Source: a virus
Reading direction: 5' to 3' (one strand)
DNA length: 64,000 bases
IMG/VR virus record: IMGVR_UViG_3300010403_000001
Span: 15,712 to 79,711 of that record
The translations under genes and the position numbers were made by a program. A model generated the notes under the pieces. That model did no database searches. It was given only the letters and a program-made list of their open reading frames with translations, and was not told the origin of the DNA. Of this stretch, positions 28,447 to 40,191 are shown in pieces; within the stretch, counting starts at the first letter, position 1, and each line of letters begins with the position of its first letter.

Positions 28447-31400
28447 CCCCTAGGGTTTACGGAGAGCCGGATTGGAGCGACAGGAATCCAGGCTGTCACA
28501 CCCACGCCAGTGGATTTGGTTATGTACCTTGGCCTAATCCTGCAGACAAAGAAATCGATAAGATGTGGGCTGAGGAATTGGATCAAGCAAGAATTGCACT
28601 GCTCTCAGTATTAAAACAGAAAAAGGAGGAAACATGTTCACAGTCGAAATTAGAATCAATGGATCGCTGATAATCCATATCTACGGCCGTAATTACGGTA
28701 AATCGCCAAAAGGCGGATCTGAGTACGAATACGGGTATGAGTATTATTCCCCGGAACTTCATAAGGTCGTGAAGGGCATAATCCTGCATGACCGTGAAGC
28801 TGGCATTAATCCACTAATCGGCAAGATATTGGAGGATGCGAAGAAGAAGGAGGCAAAATGAGCGAACAATCTATTACCTGCCCGAAATGCGGGATGACGA
28901 GTCATCACCCACAAGATGTCCTGGAGAAATACTGTGGCAATTGCCATCAGTTCCACTCTGATATGCTGGATGAGGTTGATCCCGTGGTGATGATCCGCAC
29001 GCAGTTCACTCAGTCAGGAAAAGTAGAGAAACATGAAATCAGGGCATCAGATATCAGAAAGGAGGCAAAATGAGCGAAATCATCTATTACAAGCCCGGTC
29101 CCAAGTTTGAACATATCTGCGTTGCGGATGCCGTCATTAATGGCCAGCTGGTAGCCATTCCCGCCCTAAAGATACCGGAAGTGGAGGGATTAACCCTGAT
29201 CAAGGATCTGAATCAGAAAATCAAGATTGCACGGGAGGCATTGGAGTTTTACGCCGATCCTGAGAATTATCACGCAATCCTCATTCTGCCTGATAGGCCG
29301 AGTGGGGCGTTCGCTGATGATTTCTCAGATCACGGACACCCTGATTACGATAGGCAGATGCCCGGGAAGACAGCCCGTGAGGCATTGGAGAAATTAGCAA
29401 AACTTTAAACCTAACATTCTGAGGCATCTACGGACGCTTCAGCTACCCTACGGGAGGGAACCTCAACGCGCTGTGACGCAAAGAGATTCCTTCTCCACCA
29501 CCAGGAAAAGGAGTCTCTTTATTAATATGAAGAACATAATCAAATGGTGCATAGCGCTATGCATTGGTTGGCCATTGGCCATGCTAATGCTGTGGTGTGA
29601 GAGGCGTGCATTACGTAAACAACAACGGGATATCAACTAGATATGAAGATTCAATACCAATACGAGTGCGGTGATAGAGTGCAATACCAGGTGCTTAGTG
29701 ATCATTGGCATGTGGGCACTGTGACCTATGTGGCAGGCTACTATGTGGTCATTGATGATCATATAGTGAGGAATAGTGATGAGATTAAGCCAGTGGAGTA
29801 ATAAAGAACAGGATATCAACTAGATATGACAACAATCGAATGCATCAAATTTGCATTAACCATATGGGGATGGGTGCACTATATCATGGCGGCGTGCTAT
29901 ATCTTCATGTGTCAGCCGTATGAGGGCATAGTGCTCATCTGTGTGGGCTTCATATGGATAATGCTTGGGGCACCATACTGTAAGCTCATTGATTGGGTAT
30001 TTAGACGCATATGAATGCACCAATGCATAGCGAGCAAGGCGCAAGGGATTGGGCCTCGATAGTGTACGGCTGGACATTGCATGAGTGTAGTGGCGTTTGT
30101 CTCTCATCGCTTCCCCCATTGAGATCTGATCACATTGCTCTCAAGCTATGCAAATTCAGGATGAAGCCATATGCCCTATGCTATGGAGGGTGTGGAGGCC
30201 ATGGCATTGGGTATGAGTGGCTTGGGATAAGACTAGAAATCGGTATTAATCAACAATGAACATCAAAATAGATGAGCGTGAGCTTGGAACCATACTGGCA
30301 GGACTTAGATTGTGGCAAGAATACCTGCAATCCAAAGAGTTCAGTCCTGACCATATGGATATCGCTACCAATATTGGAATGTTTGAGCCATTGAGTCCAG
30401 ATGAGATCGATGAGCTCTGTGAAAGAATTAACCAATGAAACACGAAAACTACATCAAATTAGATCAATGCAAAAAGGGCTACCTGTATAGGATCGATAGT
30501 CGTAATCTCAGTATCGGTGCCTATGATGGTAAGGAGGGCTTTGTTGGGATCAGAGAGAAATTCGGTAATCGCTATTTGTTTACTGAATATCACTACGATC
30601 AAGGAGCGCCATTTGGCACAGTCTTTCCATTAGAGGAAATAGGCCCATTACCAGATAACCTTGTGATCTGTGATTGGCTTACTAATCCAGACACAGAAGA
30701 TAAGCTATTAAAGAATACACCACTCTTTGATTATCTGGATGCATGGATGAAACAACACATCAAACAATGAAAGAACCAATATACGGCATGATGCATGATG
30801 GCGTGGTCTGTACATGCACAGAGTGTGCAGAGCGAAGTACTTTTTGGCATGCAAGGATAAGGCTATTAGTCGCGCTGCGCCATCTTATGAGGCGCATAGA
30901 TCAAATGGAAAGCGGAGCATACATATGAAACAACAACGTGAATTCGTCCCAGTCTTATATTGTGATGCCATGCGATATTTCGACTGGGATAAGGAGCGTA
31001 TCAAAAAGGAATATACGGGCAATGAACAACTGTTCATCACAGATGCACCAAATGGACGGCTGGATCTACTGTATCAAAAAACACCAACAACACTTGGATA
31101 TTTAACCACAAAATGAAAGAACTAATAATAGCATCGCTATTTGAAACCCACCCAATACTAGCAGCGCTACTCTTGGGCGCATATGGAGCATTCTGCTTCA
31201 TTATGGGTACGATAGCCAAGCGCAAATAAAAACTATGAAACCAAAACTAGACATATGGACAGTCTACGAGCGGCCTACAGATTACCCTGAAGGATTTGTA
31301 GTCAGGCTGTATGTAGTTTGTGATGGGCAATCAAACCCCACTGATACAGTGTTCTTTGGGCCAACCATTGAGAGCGTTCGTGAGCATATACCAAAGGGGC

Positions 31401-31772
31401 TTTACCGAATGGATCGATGTCCACTCGATGAGCCACAAATTGTGGAGGTATGGCTATGAAACAAGATCCAAATAAACAACAACATCACACATTTGGTAGT
31501 AGCGCTGCCGCTAAAAGGCTTAAGCAAGAAATAGATAATGGAGCAAACTACAGATCGGCAGTTCGAATCCTAAATAAAGGGCAGGCATATATCAATGTGC
31601 TGCTTAGCGCGTTTGTGGATAAGGAAGATGGACGATACTTTCTGCAACTACTGCACAAGGACATCTTAGCTAAGATAGACCAGACAGGGTCTGATGCCAT
31701 TGTGAAAAGTTTATGCAGGAACGTATTTACTGCTAAGTACCGGTTGATGCTGAAACTCAATACGTTTAAACC

Positions 31773-32135
31773 ATGAAAACAATAATAGCAGGCAGTAGAG
31801 ACATCACTGATTACGATAAAGTGGGCACATTGCTCGATATCATCCATTTAACATGGAGGGAACGTGGCATGGAAATTAGTGAGGTGGTTAGTGGATGTGC
31901 ACGTGGTGTCGATACACTGGGCGAGCGATGGGCTAATGAGCTCAAGATACCAATCAAGCAATTCCCTGCTGATTGGAAGAAATACGGGAGAGCGGCCGGA
32001 CCTATACGCAATAAGCAAATGGCTGAGTATGCTGAGGCGCTTATTGCGATTAAGCACAAGGTCAGTGCCGGCACAGATGATATGATCAAACAGGCCAAGG
32101 CAAAGGGCTTAATGATCATTGTGCACATTATATGA
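31773..32135 (+). CDS. SLOG-family (YspA/DUF2493-like) protein
   Basis: IIAGSR, VVSGCARGVD, FPADWKKYGRAAGPIRN.QM, GT.DM. Confidence 0.85.
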   Translation: MKTIIAGSRDITDYDKVGTLLDIIHLTWRERGMEISEVVSGCARGVDTLGERWANELKIPIKQFPADWKKYGRAAGPIRNKQMAEYAEALIAIKHKVSAGTDDMIKQAKAKGLMIIVHII

Positions 32136-33379
32136 AAGATGGCCTTTATCAGGTCACTACACCCTATCTATGTGCAGGGTTTGTGATTGAGAATGGCCGG
32201 GTAACGCAATGTGCACCGATACTGCGCAGGAGAATAGCGTATTGGATGACCATTGCTAAACCAGTAAATCAAACAACAACAGGAAAACAAACCAATGATA
32301 ATCACAACTATGGCGGTATTGGTCCCCACGGCGATATTCGCCTTGGTGATCACAGTAGTAAACTATTACAACACATAAAAGAACAACATGAATAATGAAA
32401 AGACATTTGAAGAGAATGTTGCTGAATTACTAACCAAGGGAATTCAGCAATACAGGGAGTACCTAAAAACTGACGAGCATCCAATCAAGATCACACTGGA
32501 ATTGCACCCATGGGAGGATGGCCTGCAGTGGACTATCCGTGGCCATATTCCGGACGGCTGTAAAACTAATCCATCGATGATCCTATTCACTCAATTCATC
32601 AAAGAACGAATCGTTGAAGCCTGTAAGCCACCACCGGGTCTTTTCCCAGAGCAAGTAGAAATAACACCAACAACAAGAAAGGAAACAGAAACATGAAATG
32701 AAGATAGGAGATAGAGTACAATTAATCAATGAAGACGCACTTAAGAAAATGGGTATTCACCCGTCCAAGTGCGGTCAGTATGGTAAAGTCATTGGTCAAT
32801 CAATACCATACACATCCTGGTGTGTAAGATTAGATAACCTGGAGCAATGGTATGTGACAGAAGACTGTATCAGACTCATTGAAATGAAATCGGGAGATAA
32901 AATCATCCTCATTAACCAGGAACGGTTAAATGAAGTGAATTTGGGTAGATGGGAAGGAATGAGAGGAATGCTGGACATTCCCATGACTTCAGCCCAAATC
33001 GTTGCCTACTCACAAATGAGGGGTGAGAATGGATGGTGGGTGCAGATGGATGGTTGTCGCGGTTATGTCCCGATAAGCTGTATAAAGCTTGTAGAGCCAA
33101 CGACCTGTTCGAATGAGCAGGATTTGCAATCAACAACAACAGTAACAACAATAAAACAGAAAGAACAAAACACAATGTTATACATAGTAAGAGTACTACG
33201 CAAGCCTTCAGTGAAGGCGCAAGAAGCAGGTGAAGTCGAGAGCATCCTAGTACCAGCCACGGAGATTGTGGCCAATGATGGATACGCTGCGGCATTCGCC
33301 GTCGGTGCGGCAAATACCGCCGCTATCAATGGTGTTAAATCACCGGAGCTTAAGGTCATCGTTAAGGAGATCGGCTAAG

Positions 33380-33406
33380 CCGGAAAAGGGGTAATATTAA
33401 CCCTTT
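33380..33406. repeat. Palindrome copy 2
   Basis: CCGGAAAAGGGGTAATATTAACCCTTT is identical over 27 bp to the reverse complement of copy 1. Confidence 0.9.
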
Positions 33407-33489
33407 AATTTGACACAATATTTGGCAATACAGTCCAATCCTGTATTGCCAAACTAATTAAACCTGAACCATTTACAACCATTTTCAAC

Positions 33490-34563
33490 ATGAAGAACAC
33501 ACATTATCTAAAACCAAGATTTGGACAAGAAATCGCCAATAGGCAGAGCTCTAATCACAATGCCTATTGGACGGTATTTAAACGATGGCCCAATGAGATT
33601 AACTGGAAAATCGAAAACCCTAAATATCCGGAATACTTGGATGTCTGTTTAGAGGCTGAGGGTTTCACCGTGGAAGTACGAACGGTGACAAATCCAGGGG
33701 AAAAGATGGACAATCGGTATGAGGATCGTCATACCGATACCTTTATTAACAGGAAAAGGAAAGCATTCATCTCGCAAGCCAGTACCAACGATCTCATGAA
33801 ACTCAATATGCTTTTCCCTGTAGATTCAATGGACTATGCCCTGAGGATGCATAGACGCATTAACGATGCGGTTGGAACCACTGGGCCTGTATCCGGACGC
33901 GTTAATCTACTATCAATGGAATGCGGTGATTTCCTATTGGTTGGCGTAGATATCCCCAAACCCGAGGTGGATCTCGCCCTCAATTACGGACACGCATTTA
34001 TTGAAATAGATAAAGACATTAAGGATTTCATTAAGGGTAGGGAATCCGGTCTAGTACTATTGCATGGCATCAGTGGGTCTGGGAAGTCCACGTACATCTA
34101 TCACCTGATTCACGACTGTCGGCACAAGATGATCTTTATCCCAAACAACATGATCGCATCAATGTCCAATCCTGACTTTATAGCGTTCATGTTGGAAAAC
34201 GCCAAGGATTCAGTTCTCATTGTGGAGGATGCTGAAAAGGTTCTATTGAAGCGTGGAGGACCAGGGGATGCTGGCGTATCCACACTGCTTAATATTACCG
34301 ATGGCATCCTTGGTAAGATTATCAGGTGCAAGGTCATTTGCACATTCAATATCGGGCGATCAGAGCTCGATGATGCATTGTTGCGCAAGGGCCGGCTACG
34401 CACGGAGCATGTGTTCGATAAACTTTCACCATGGGAGGCCAATAGATTATTGGAGCATCTTGGCAAGGAAAAGAGAACACACGAGCCCATGATACTGGCT
34501 GATATTTACAATGAAACAGGCGGTACCGAAATCACCACATCAACAGTAGGATTTAAACCATGA
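33490..34563 (+). CDS. AAA ATPase
   Basis: GISGSGKS, LIVEDAE, LLNITDG, ALLRKGRL. Confidence 0.9.
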   Translation: MKNTHYLKPRFGQEIANRQSSNHNAYWTVFKRWPNEINWKIENPKYPEYLDVCLEAEGFTVEVRTVTNPGEKMDNRYEDRHTDTFINRKRKAFISQASTNDLMKLNMLFPVDSMDYALRMHRRINDAVGTTGPVSGRVNLLSMECGDFLLVGVDIPKPEVDLALNYGHAFIEIDKDIKDFIKGRESGLVLLHGISGSGKSTYIYHLIHDCRHKMIFIPNNMIASMSNPDFIAFMLENAKDSVLIVEDAEKVLLKRGGPGDAGVSTLLNITDGILGKIIRCKVICTFNIGRSELDDALLRKGRLRTEHVFDKLSPWEANRLLEHLGKEKRTHEPMILADIYNETGGTEITTSTVGFKP

Positions 34564-35145
34564 ATAGGAGGAAAAAAGATGAAAAGTAAGAAATACATAA
34601 AACATCGCAGAAGTAAGTATGCCTTCCCGACTAAAATTATCAAAGCATCCAGAGGCTCTGGTGGTCAAAGAAAGGGTGGCGTCATTAAGGGGGCTGATAA
34701 AGCGCTTAAGGATATTGAACACACACTTGGACGTGAACTGGAAGTGCATCACACTGAGCACCGTATAGGTGAGTGGGTATTCGCGGAATTAAAGTCATGA
34801 CATGAGGATGGGTCATTGGATTCTTGATGAAAACAGAATCCCAAGGCAGGTAGATCTTTATACCTGGGCTAAATGGATGGGGAAACTGGATCGCATTGTC
34901 CGCCAGGAATGGGTGGGCAATATCTGGATCTCAACTGTATTCCTGGGTCTGGATTACAACTTCAGTAATACTGGTCCACCCATTCTATGGGAGACCATGA
35001 TGTTCAGTAACCGTAAGAATGTAGATCAAAACTATCAGACTAGATGTGCTGGCTCATGGGAGCAGGCTGAAGCCATGCACGAAACCGCAGTAAGGGAAGC
35101 CTGCAAAATCGAACAAATTAACTATCAACCATTAGAACAAAGACA

Positions 35146-35891
35146 ATGAAAGGAATAATAATACCAAAATTACCACGAAACGAAATGCCTGAAGGATTTA
35201 ATTGGCTCACTGTCCTCAAAGACTTAGCCGACGGAGCACCAATAGACCAACAGTCATATACTAATCTTTGCACGATGTCTGGAAACTGGCCTACGTGCGC
35301 ATGTGGACAAGCATGCTCCGCTTTATTAAAACCGGATGGAGATTGTGAGCCACGTGATGGTGAACTCTTCTCTCTTGGATTGAAGTTCCATGGAAATATT
35401 GAATGCCGTCATTGGTCACAGGCTTTGAAGACATTCCATCAAATTGAGGAGCGATCATTCATACTGCTCAAAGATTTAGGTGCCATCGATATAGAAGAAT
35501 AATAAACCACTAACCAATAGGAGAAAAGATAATGAAAACATTAGTAATACCACCGCTTAAGGTGATGGAGGATGGGTATAATAAGTTGCCGAATGGATTC
35601 AATTGGCTAGCAGTACTCAAAGATCTCGCGGCCGGTGCCGTAATAGACGGGAATTCGTTCGATACCCTGGTAGAGATGGCCAATATGTGGCCTACGTGCG
35701 CATGTGGGCAGTTGTGCTCAGTTCTTCCACGAAAGGAGCCATATAATGAGCCCGTTGATCGAACGCTGTATTCTTTAGGGCTTGATTTCTGTTATGCAAT
35801 TGAAGAGACCCGATGGACAGAAGCGATGGATTTATTCCATCAGATTGAGGCCCGGGCAACGGAACTTATTATAGAGATGGATCACAAATGA
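35146..35891 (+). other. Tandem paralog pair (35146-35502, 35532-35891)
   Basis: Both contain GFNWL.VLKDLA, WPTCACGQ, L.SLGL.F, FHQIE. Confidence 0.85.
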
Positions 35892-36113
35892 AATTCATAG
35901 CATGGTCCATCGTGATCTTTGGATGGATCATTTATGGGCTGATAATTATCGCACCATTCTTCGATCCGCATCCACATGATCCAATGCAAGACTTCTACAT
36001 CTTATTTCATCCCAAGCCAGGTGATTGGATAGCAATACCGTTCATCATTCTAGCCCTAATCGGCTGGTATGCGGCGTGGGACTACCTTAAAGAGGAACGA
36101 AATAAAAAGAAAC

Positions 36114-36440
36114 ATGAAATACAAACTATACAGAGAGGGAACGCAGACAAAACTTGAGTTCATTGATAATGCCAGAGGCATAGGACGAGAGATTACACCT
36201 GAGCGATCGCAGAAGGTTCATAATCATTCACCTGATGGGTTCGAATGGGGATACGGCGGAAGCGGGCCATCACAGACCGCGTTAGCCATCCTATTGGATG
36301 CCATCAATAATGACGAAACAGCTTTCTCTCTACATCAAGCCTTCAAAATGGAATTCATTGCTGGGTTACCAGATGAAGGTGGAGAGATATACCTTGGCGT
36401 TATCCTTGATTGGATAATCCAGCAAACACATGAATACTAA
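36114..36440 (+). CDS. DUF6166-like protein
   Basis: NHSPDGFEWGYGGSGPSQTALAIL. Confidence 0.7.
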   Translation: MKYKLYREGTQTKLEFIDNARGIGREITPERSQKVHNHSPDGFEWGYGGSGPSQTALAILLDAINNDETAFSLHQAFKMEFIAGLPDEGGEIYLGVILDWIIQQTHEY

Positions 36441-36457
36441 AACCGAAAAACAAAACA

Positions 36458-37114
36458 ATGACACCAGAAGAATTAGACCAAAGCAGGATCAGAATCGCGG
36501 GTCCCCCAGTAGGATACGACCCGCATCAGGGTGAGAGATCCAATTTCGATTGGATGGCTTACCAACTCAAAGAGTTAGAAAAAATCCTCGGCAAGGAAGC
36601 CACAGCGGATTGGCTTAACCGTCCGCATAGTCAGCTAATAGATAGTAGTCCTGTAGTCGTGACTGTGGATTATGATGATGATGAGGGATGCCGCATTGTG
36701 GCACAACTCATTGTTGATCTTATCACTGACGCACCGTGCCGGCTAAATAGATGCAAACTGCCGGCACATGTCAGGACTTTTATTAAAAAGATGGAACCAG
36801 AAGCATTGAAATCACGGGTGACCACATCGAAACTCTTAACATTGATGTTCGATAGTGAATTCAGGAAATCAGATGGGCCTTCTGAGGGTTTGGATATTCT
36901 AATGGAATGCATAGCATCAATGTGCAATATCATTCATGATCAGAAATGGGATCTCATGAAAATGGTTATTCATGAGTTAAGGCAGAAACTGCCTGACAGC
37001 AAATCACTTTTGTCTGTATCTGTGGTATTTGATGCTTTAGATTTCCAGAGGAAGACGTTGAGAGAAATGGCATCTTTGCAAGTCGGTGAAACCAAATTCA
37101 TCCCAGTCATGTGA
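36458..37114 (+). CDS. Hypothetical protein
   Basis: 218-aa ORF. Confidence 0.6.
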   Translation: MTPEELDQSRIRIAGPPVGYDPHQGERSNFDWMAYQLKELEKILGKEATADWLNRPHSQLIDSSPVVVTVDYDDDEGCRIVAQLIVDLITDAPCRLNRCKLPAHVRTFIKKMEPEALKSRVTTSKLLTLMFDSEFRKSDGPSEGLDILMECIASMCNIIHDQKWDLMKMVIHELRQKLPDSKSLLSVSVVFDALDFQRKTLREMASLQVGETKFIPVM

Positions 37115-37339
37115 GCAAATGGCAGCGAAACAAACCGGGTCGGCACGGCCAATTTCCGTGCTGACCCAACAACCAGAAAGGAGGAAATATGGCATTATTT
37201 ACTAATGTATTTTTCGATGCTGTAATGATAATTACGATCATTCTGATTCTATCAGAGATCGTGGTTCCGTTATGGCATGAAAAGCCATTTTTCCCATCAA
37301 TCAGAAAACTGAAACAAATAATAAAGGAGACAAAAAACA

Positions 37340-38596
37340 ATGTTAGGAAAAACAATAGCAGTAGGAATAGTACTGATTCTTCTCGCGGTCCTGGTAAACC
37401 TCGGGAAGATCTTTGAGTACAACAAAATCGATTCCATCCTGGTCGTCCAACGGCTGGGAGGTAAGGTACATGTGTATACTGATGCTGGGTATAAACCCCA
37501 GAATTGGGGCACTGTTACCCATTACAAGAAATCAGCTCTACTGGATTTTAATCCAGCAGACAAGGCACCACCCATAAAGGTGAGATTCGCAGATGGCGGG
37601 CATGGAGATGTCGAAGGCAGTTGTCGTTTCGATCTACCATTAGAGGAAGCTAAAATGATTGATATCCATCAAACATTTGGCTCCCAGGAGGCAGTCGAGA
37701 AGCAGCTAGTCAGAACAACGGCGGAACGATCCATGTATATGACTGGGCCATTGATGACTTCTACAGAGTCATTCAGTGTCCGCCGTCAGGATCTGATCAA
37801 TCTGTTTGAAGACCAGGCTGTTCATGGCGTATTTAAAACAATTCAGGTTCCGAAAGAGATAGAAGATCCGACAGTGCCCGGCGGGAAGAAATGGATCACG
37901 TCTCTGGATCTTAAGCGTGACAAAGACGGCAATATTGAGAGACAGGAAGTATCGCCGTTTGTCCGTTTCGGAGTCAACATGTACAACGTGGCGATTGTAG
38001 GAATCGCATACGAAGATATTGTTGAGAAACAGATAGGTCAACAGCAATCAGCCACTATTGCTGTGCAGATCGCCATCGCTAATACCAAAAAGGCAGAACA
38101 GGATGTCAAAACTACGGAAGCAATCGGTAGAGCAGACGCTACTAAATCCAAATGGGCTCAGGAAGTCATAAAAGCTACAGCTGTGACTTTGGCTCAACAA
38201 AATAAAGAGGTAGCCGAGACTGATGCCAATAGGGAGAAAGTCGTAGCAGAAACAGCAGCAAGGAGAGATCTGAACGTAGCGGAATTGAATAAACAAGCGG
38301 CCGAACAGACCAAGCAGAAGTTGATCATGGAAGGTGAAGGTGAATCGACTAAGCGTAAGCTGATCATGGCGGCAGATGGCGCGTTAGCGATCAAGCTGAA
38401 TGCGTGGTTGGAAGCAAACCATGCGTATGCCAACGCATGGAGGGAGTACAAAGGCAATATCGTGCCAGGCGTAGTGTTCGGACAAGGGGCACAAGGTGGC
38501 AATAGTGCTGTCGGTCTGGTTGAACTCTTAACCACGAAACTTGCCAAAGACTTGTCACTTGATATGTCCTTCCAGGGACAACAACCACAACGTTAA
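37340..38596 (+). CDS. SPFH/band-7 membrane protein
   Basis: N-terminal TM helix, VRFADGG, long Ala/Glu coiled coil, VPGVVFG tail. Confidence 0.8.
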   Translation: MLGKTIAVGIVLILLAVLVNLGKIFEYNKIDSILVVQRLGGKVHVYTDAGYKPQNWGTVTHYKKSALLDFNPADKAPPIKVRFADGGHGDVEGSCRFDLPLEEAKMIDIHQTFGSQEAVEKQLVRTTAERSMYMTGPLMTSTESFSVRRQDLINLFEDQAVHGVFKTIQVPKEIEDPTVPGGKKWITSLDLKRDKDGNIERQEVSPFVRFGVNMYNVAIVGIAYEDIVEKQIGQQQSATIAVQIAIANTKKAEQDVKTTEAIGRADATKSKWAQEVIKATAVTLAQQNKEVAETDANREKVVAETAARRDLNVAELNKQAAEQTKQKLIMEGEGESTKRKLIMAADGALAIKLNAWLEANHAYANAWREYKGNIVPGVVFGQGAQGGNSAVGLVELLTTKLAKDLSLDMSFQGQQPQR

Positions 38597-38701
38597 ATGG
38601 TAGACACAATCGTGATTATTGTAATGAGGTTTGCCGCGATTGTGTTCATTTGGTCATTATGTCGAAAGGATTAACAACACACAAAGAAGGAGGTGAGAAA
38701 A

Positions 38702-38980
38702 ATGCGTAACATCATAGGAGTAGTCTTACTAGTCGTGGCAGTCGCACTCGGCACAGGAATTCGGCAAAATCAGGGACCGAAACCAGATGCCCCGTGTAAA
38801 TCATGCGTGGTTCAAGGGCCGAAAACAGAAGTGCCATGCAGGGCATGCGTTGTTCAGGGTCCGAAGCCCAATGGGCCATGCAGAGCGTGTGTCGCTATCA
38901 ATGCGCGTAACCAGGCAATCATAGATGCCGACTTGCGTCGCGGTCACGTCGCCCATGTCGGTGGAGTGCCGGTGAATTGA
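38702..38980 (+). CDS. Secreted/membrane peptide with three QGPKxxxPCxxCV repeats
   Basis: SD AGGAGGT upstream; signal-like N-terminus; direct repeats. Confidence 0.7.
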   Translation: MRNIIGVVLLVVAVALGTGIRQNQGPKPDAPCKSCVVQGPKTEVPCRACVVQGPKPNGPCRACVAINARNQAIIDADLRRGHVAHVGGVPVN

Positions 38981-38987
38981 GGTTTAT

Positions 38988-39024
38988 AAGTCCCATGTGG
39001 GAGTGCAGTCTCCCACTGGGGCTT
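38988..39024. terminator. Hairpin between convergent genes
   Basis: AAGTCCCA-T-GTGGGAG loop CTCCCAC-TGGGGCTT. Confidence 0.6.
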
Positions 39025-39484
39025 AATTCTCTTTCAAGAACTGTATCAGATTCAGAATAATATCTGGTCGTCTGTCTTGAGTTAAAAGCTCACCAAGGAC
39101 GTACTGTGATTTATTAACAACACTGGGATCTGCTCCATTACCTGAAGTAGAGAATGTGCACTTGTGAAACTTATCCTTATTGACCCAGTACTGGCCTTCC
39201 TCGGTCTCAATTATCAAGGCTAGTAATTGGTCTTTATTGGATGAGCACAGTGTAAATACCCTACTCCAGATGGGGCGGAACTTAATGTGCAGTTCATTCT
39301 GAACCATATTGCCATCCCTGAGCAATATGGCCGAGATGATCTTTCTGTCATGGTTGGTCACTGGCCGGATGGCCACAGGCTCCTGCCTGTTGGCCATCAC
39401 GGCTAGGTCCAACAATCTGTCCTTTGCGCCACCCTGGATGGAGAAACCATTCTCCAGTTCAGGGAGCGTGAGGGTTAGTTTCAT
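39023..39484 (-). CDS. Hypothetical protein
   Basis: ATGA-coupled to the upstream gene. Confidence 0.65.
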   Translation of the reverse strand: MKLTLTLPELENGFSIQGGAKDRLLDLAVMANRQEPVAIRPVTNHDRKIISAILLRDGNMVQNELHIKFRPIWSRVFTLCSSNKDQLLALIIETEEGQYWVNKDKFHKCTFSTSGNGADPSVVNKSQYVLGELLTQDRRPDIILNLIQFLKEN

Positions 39485-40191
39485 GCAGCCGGCGCAGTTT
39501 CTACACCAGCTGCAACTGCAGCTTCCTCCATGTTGACGATATGGTTATTAAGCGCGAATCCAAATTCACAGATTGCACTCAGTTCTTCCATAATCTCTAC
39601 CTGGTGATCCATGTCCATTGCTTTAACGCCTTCAAGTCCACCTACTCTGCGTGACCAGATATCAAATTCCTGGCGAATCCCTTGGACAGTGATTACACCA
39701 GTTTTCTGTTGCCTCGCAGCAGCTCTATCTACCACCTCACCTTCAGAGATAGAGAGCCGCAATTGGGTTGGTGTTAGACGTTGCTCTGAGGCTATACGCG
39801 CCCATTTAACTGTCTGTGGTTTACTGAGTTTAGCCTTCGATAGTTCAACATAGTGATCACCATCCAGGTTCTCGAACCTGACATTCCTTGGCACTGAATT
39901 GACGGCTATTGCAGCCTTCACGAATGTTGCTTCGAATTCTAATTGCTCCAGGGCTTCATCAACCTTGGCTGCACCCCATTTAGGTACACCGAAAGCAATA
40001 CAATCAGCTACTGTGATTGCAGCTTTGCGTTTGATGGTTTTGGCCAGCCGAAGGACCTCGCGCCATTGCTCAAAGGATACATCCGGACTGAATTCTATTC
40101 CGCCGGTTTGCGTATTGAGTTTGAATAGGCCTGAGGTTTCTCCGTTGACTACTTGTAGTTCGATTTCTGATCCATTGGTTTGTTCATTCAT
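39481..40191 (-). CDS. LmbU-like putative DNA-binding regulator
   Basis: FEQW...ADCIAFG..KWG...VP..VR..L...HYVEL...LT..QLR pattern. Confidence 0.5.
   Translation of the reverse strand: MNEQTNGSEIELQVVNGETSGLFKLNTQTGGIEFSPDVSFEQWREVLRLAKTIKRKAAITVADCIAFGVPKWGAAKVDEALEQLEFEATFVKAAIAVNSVPRNVRFENLDGDHYVELSKAKLSKPQTVKWARIASEQRLTPTQLRLSISEGEVVDRAAARQQKTGVITVQGIRQEFDIWSRRVGGLEGVKAMDMDHQVEIMEELSAICEFGFALNNHIVNMEEAAVAAGVETAPAA

Larger units (their letters stand above)
25352..38980 (+). other. Large plus-strand accessory island (about 35 small genes)
   Basis: Continuous same-strand short ORFs with overlapping start/stop codons. Confidence 0.8.
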
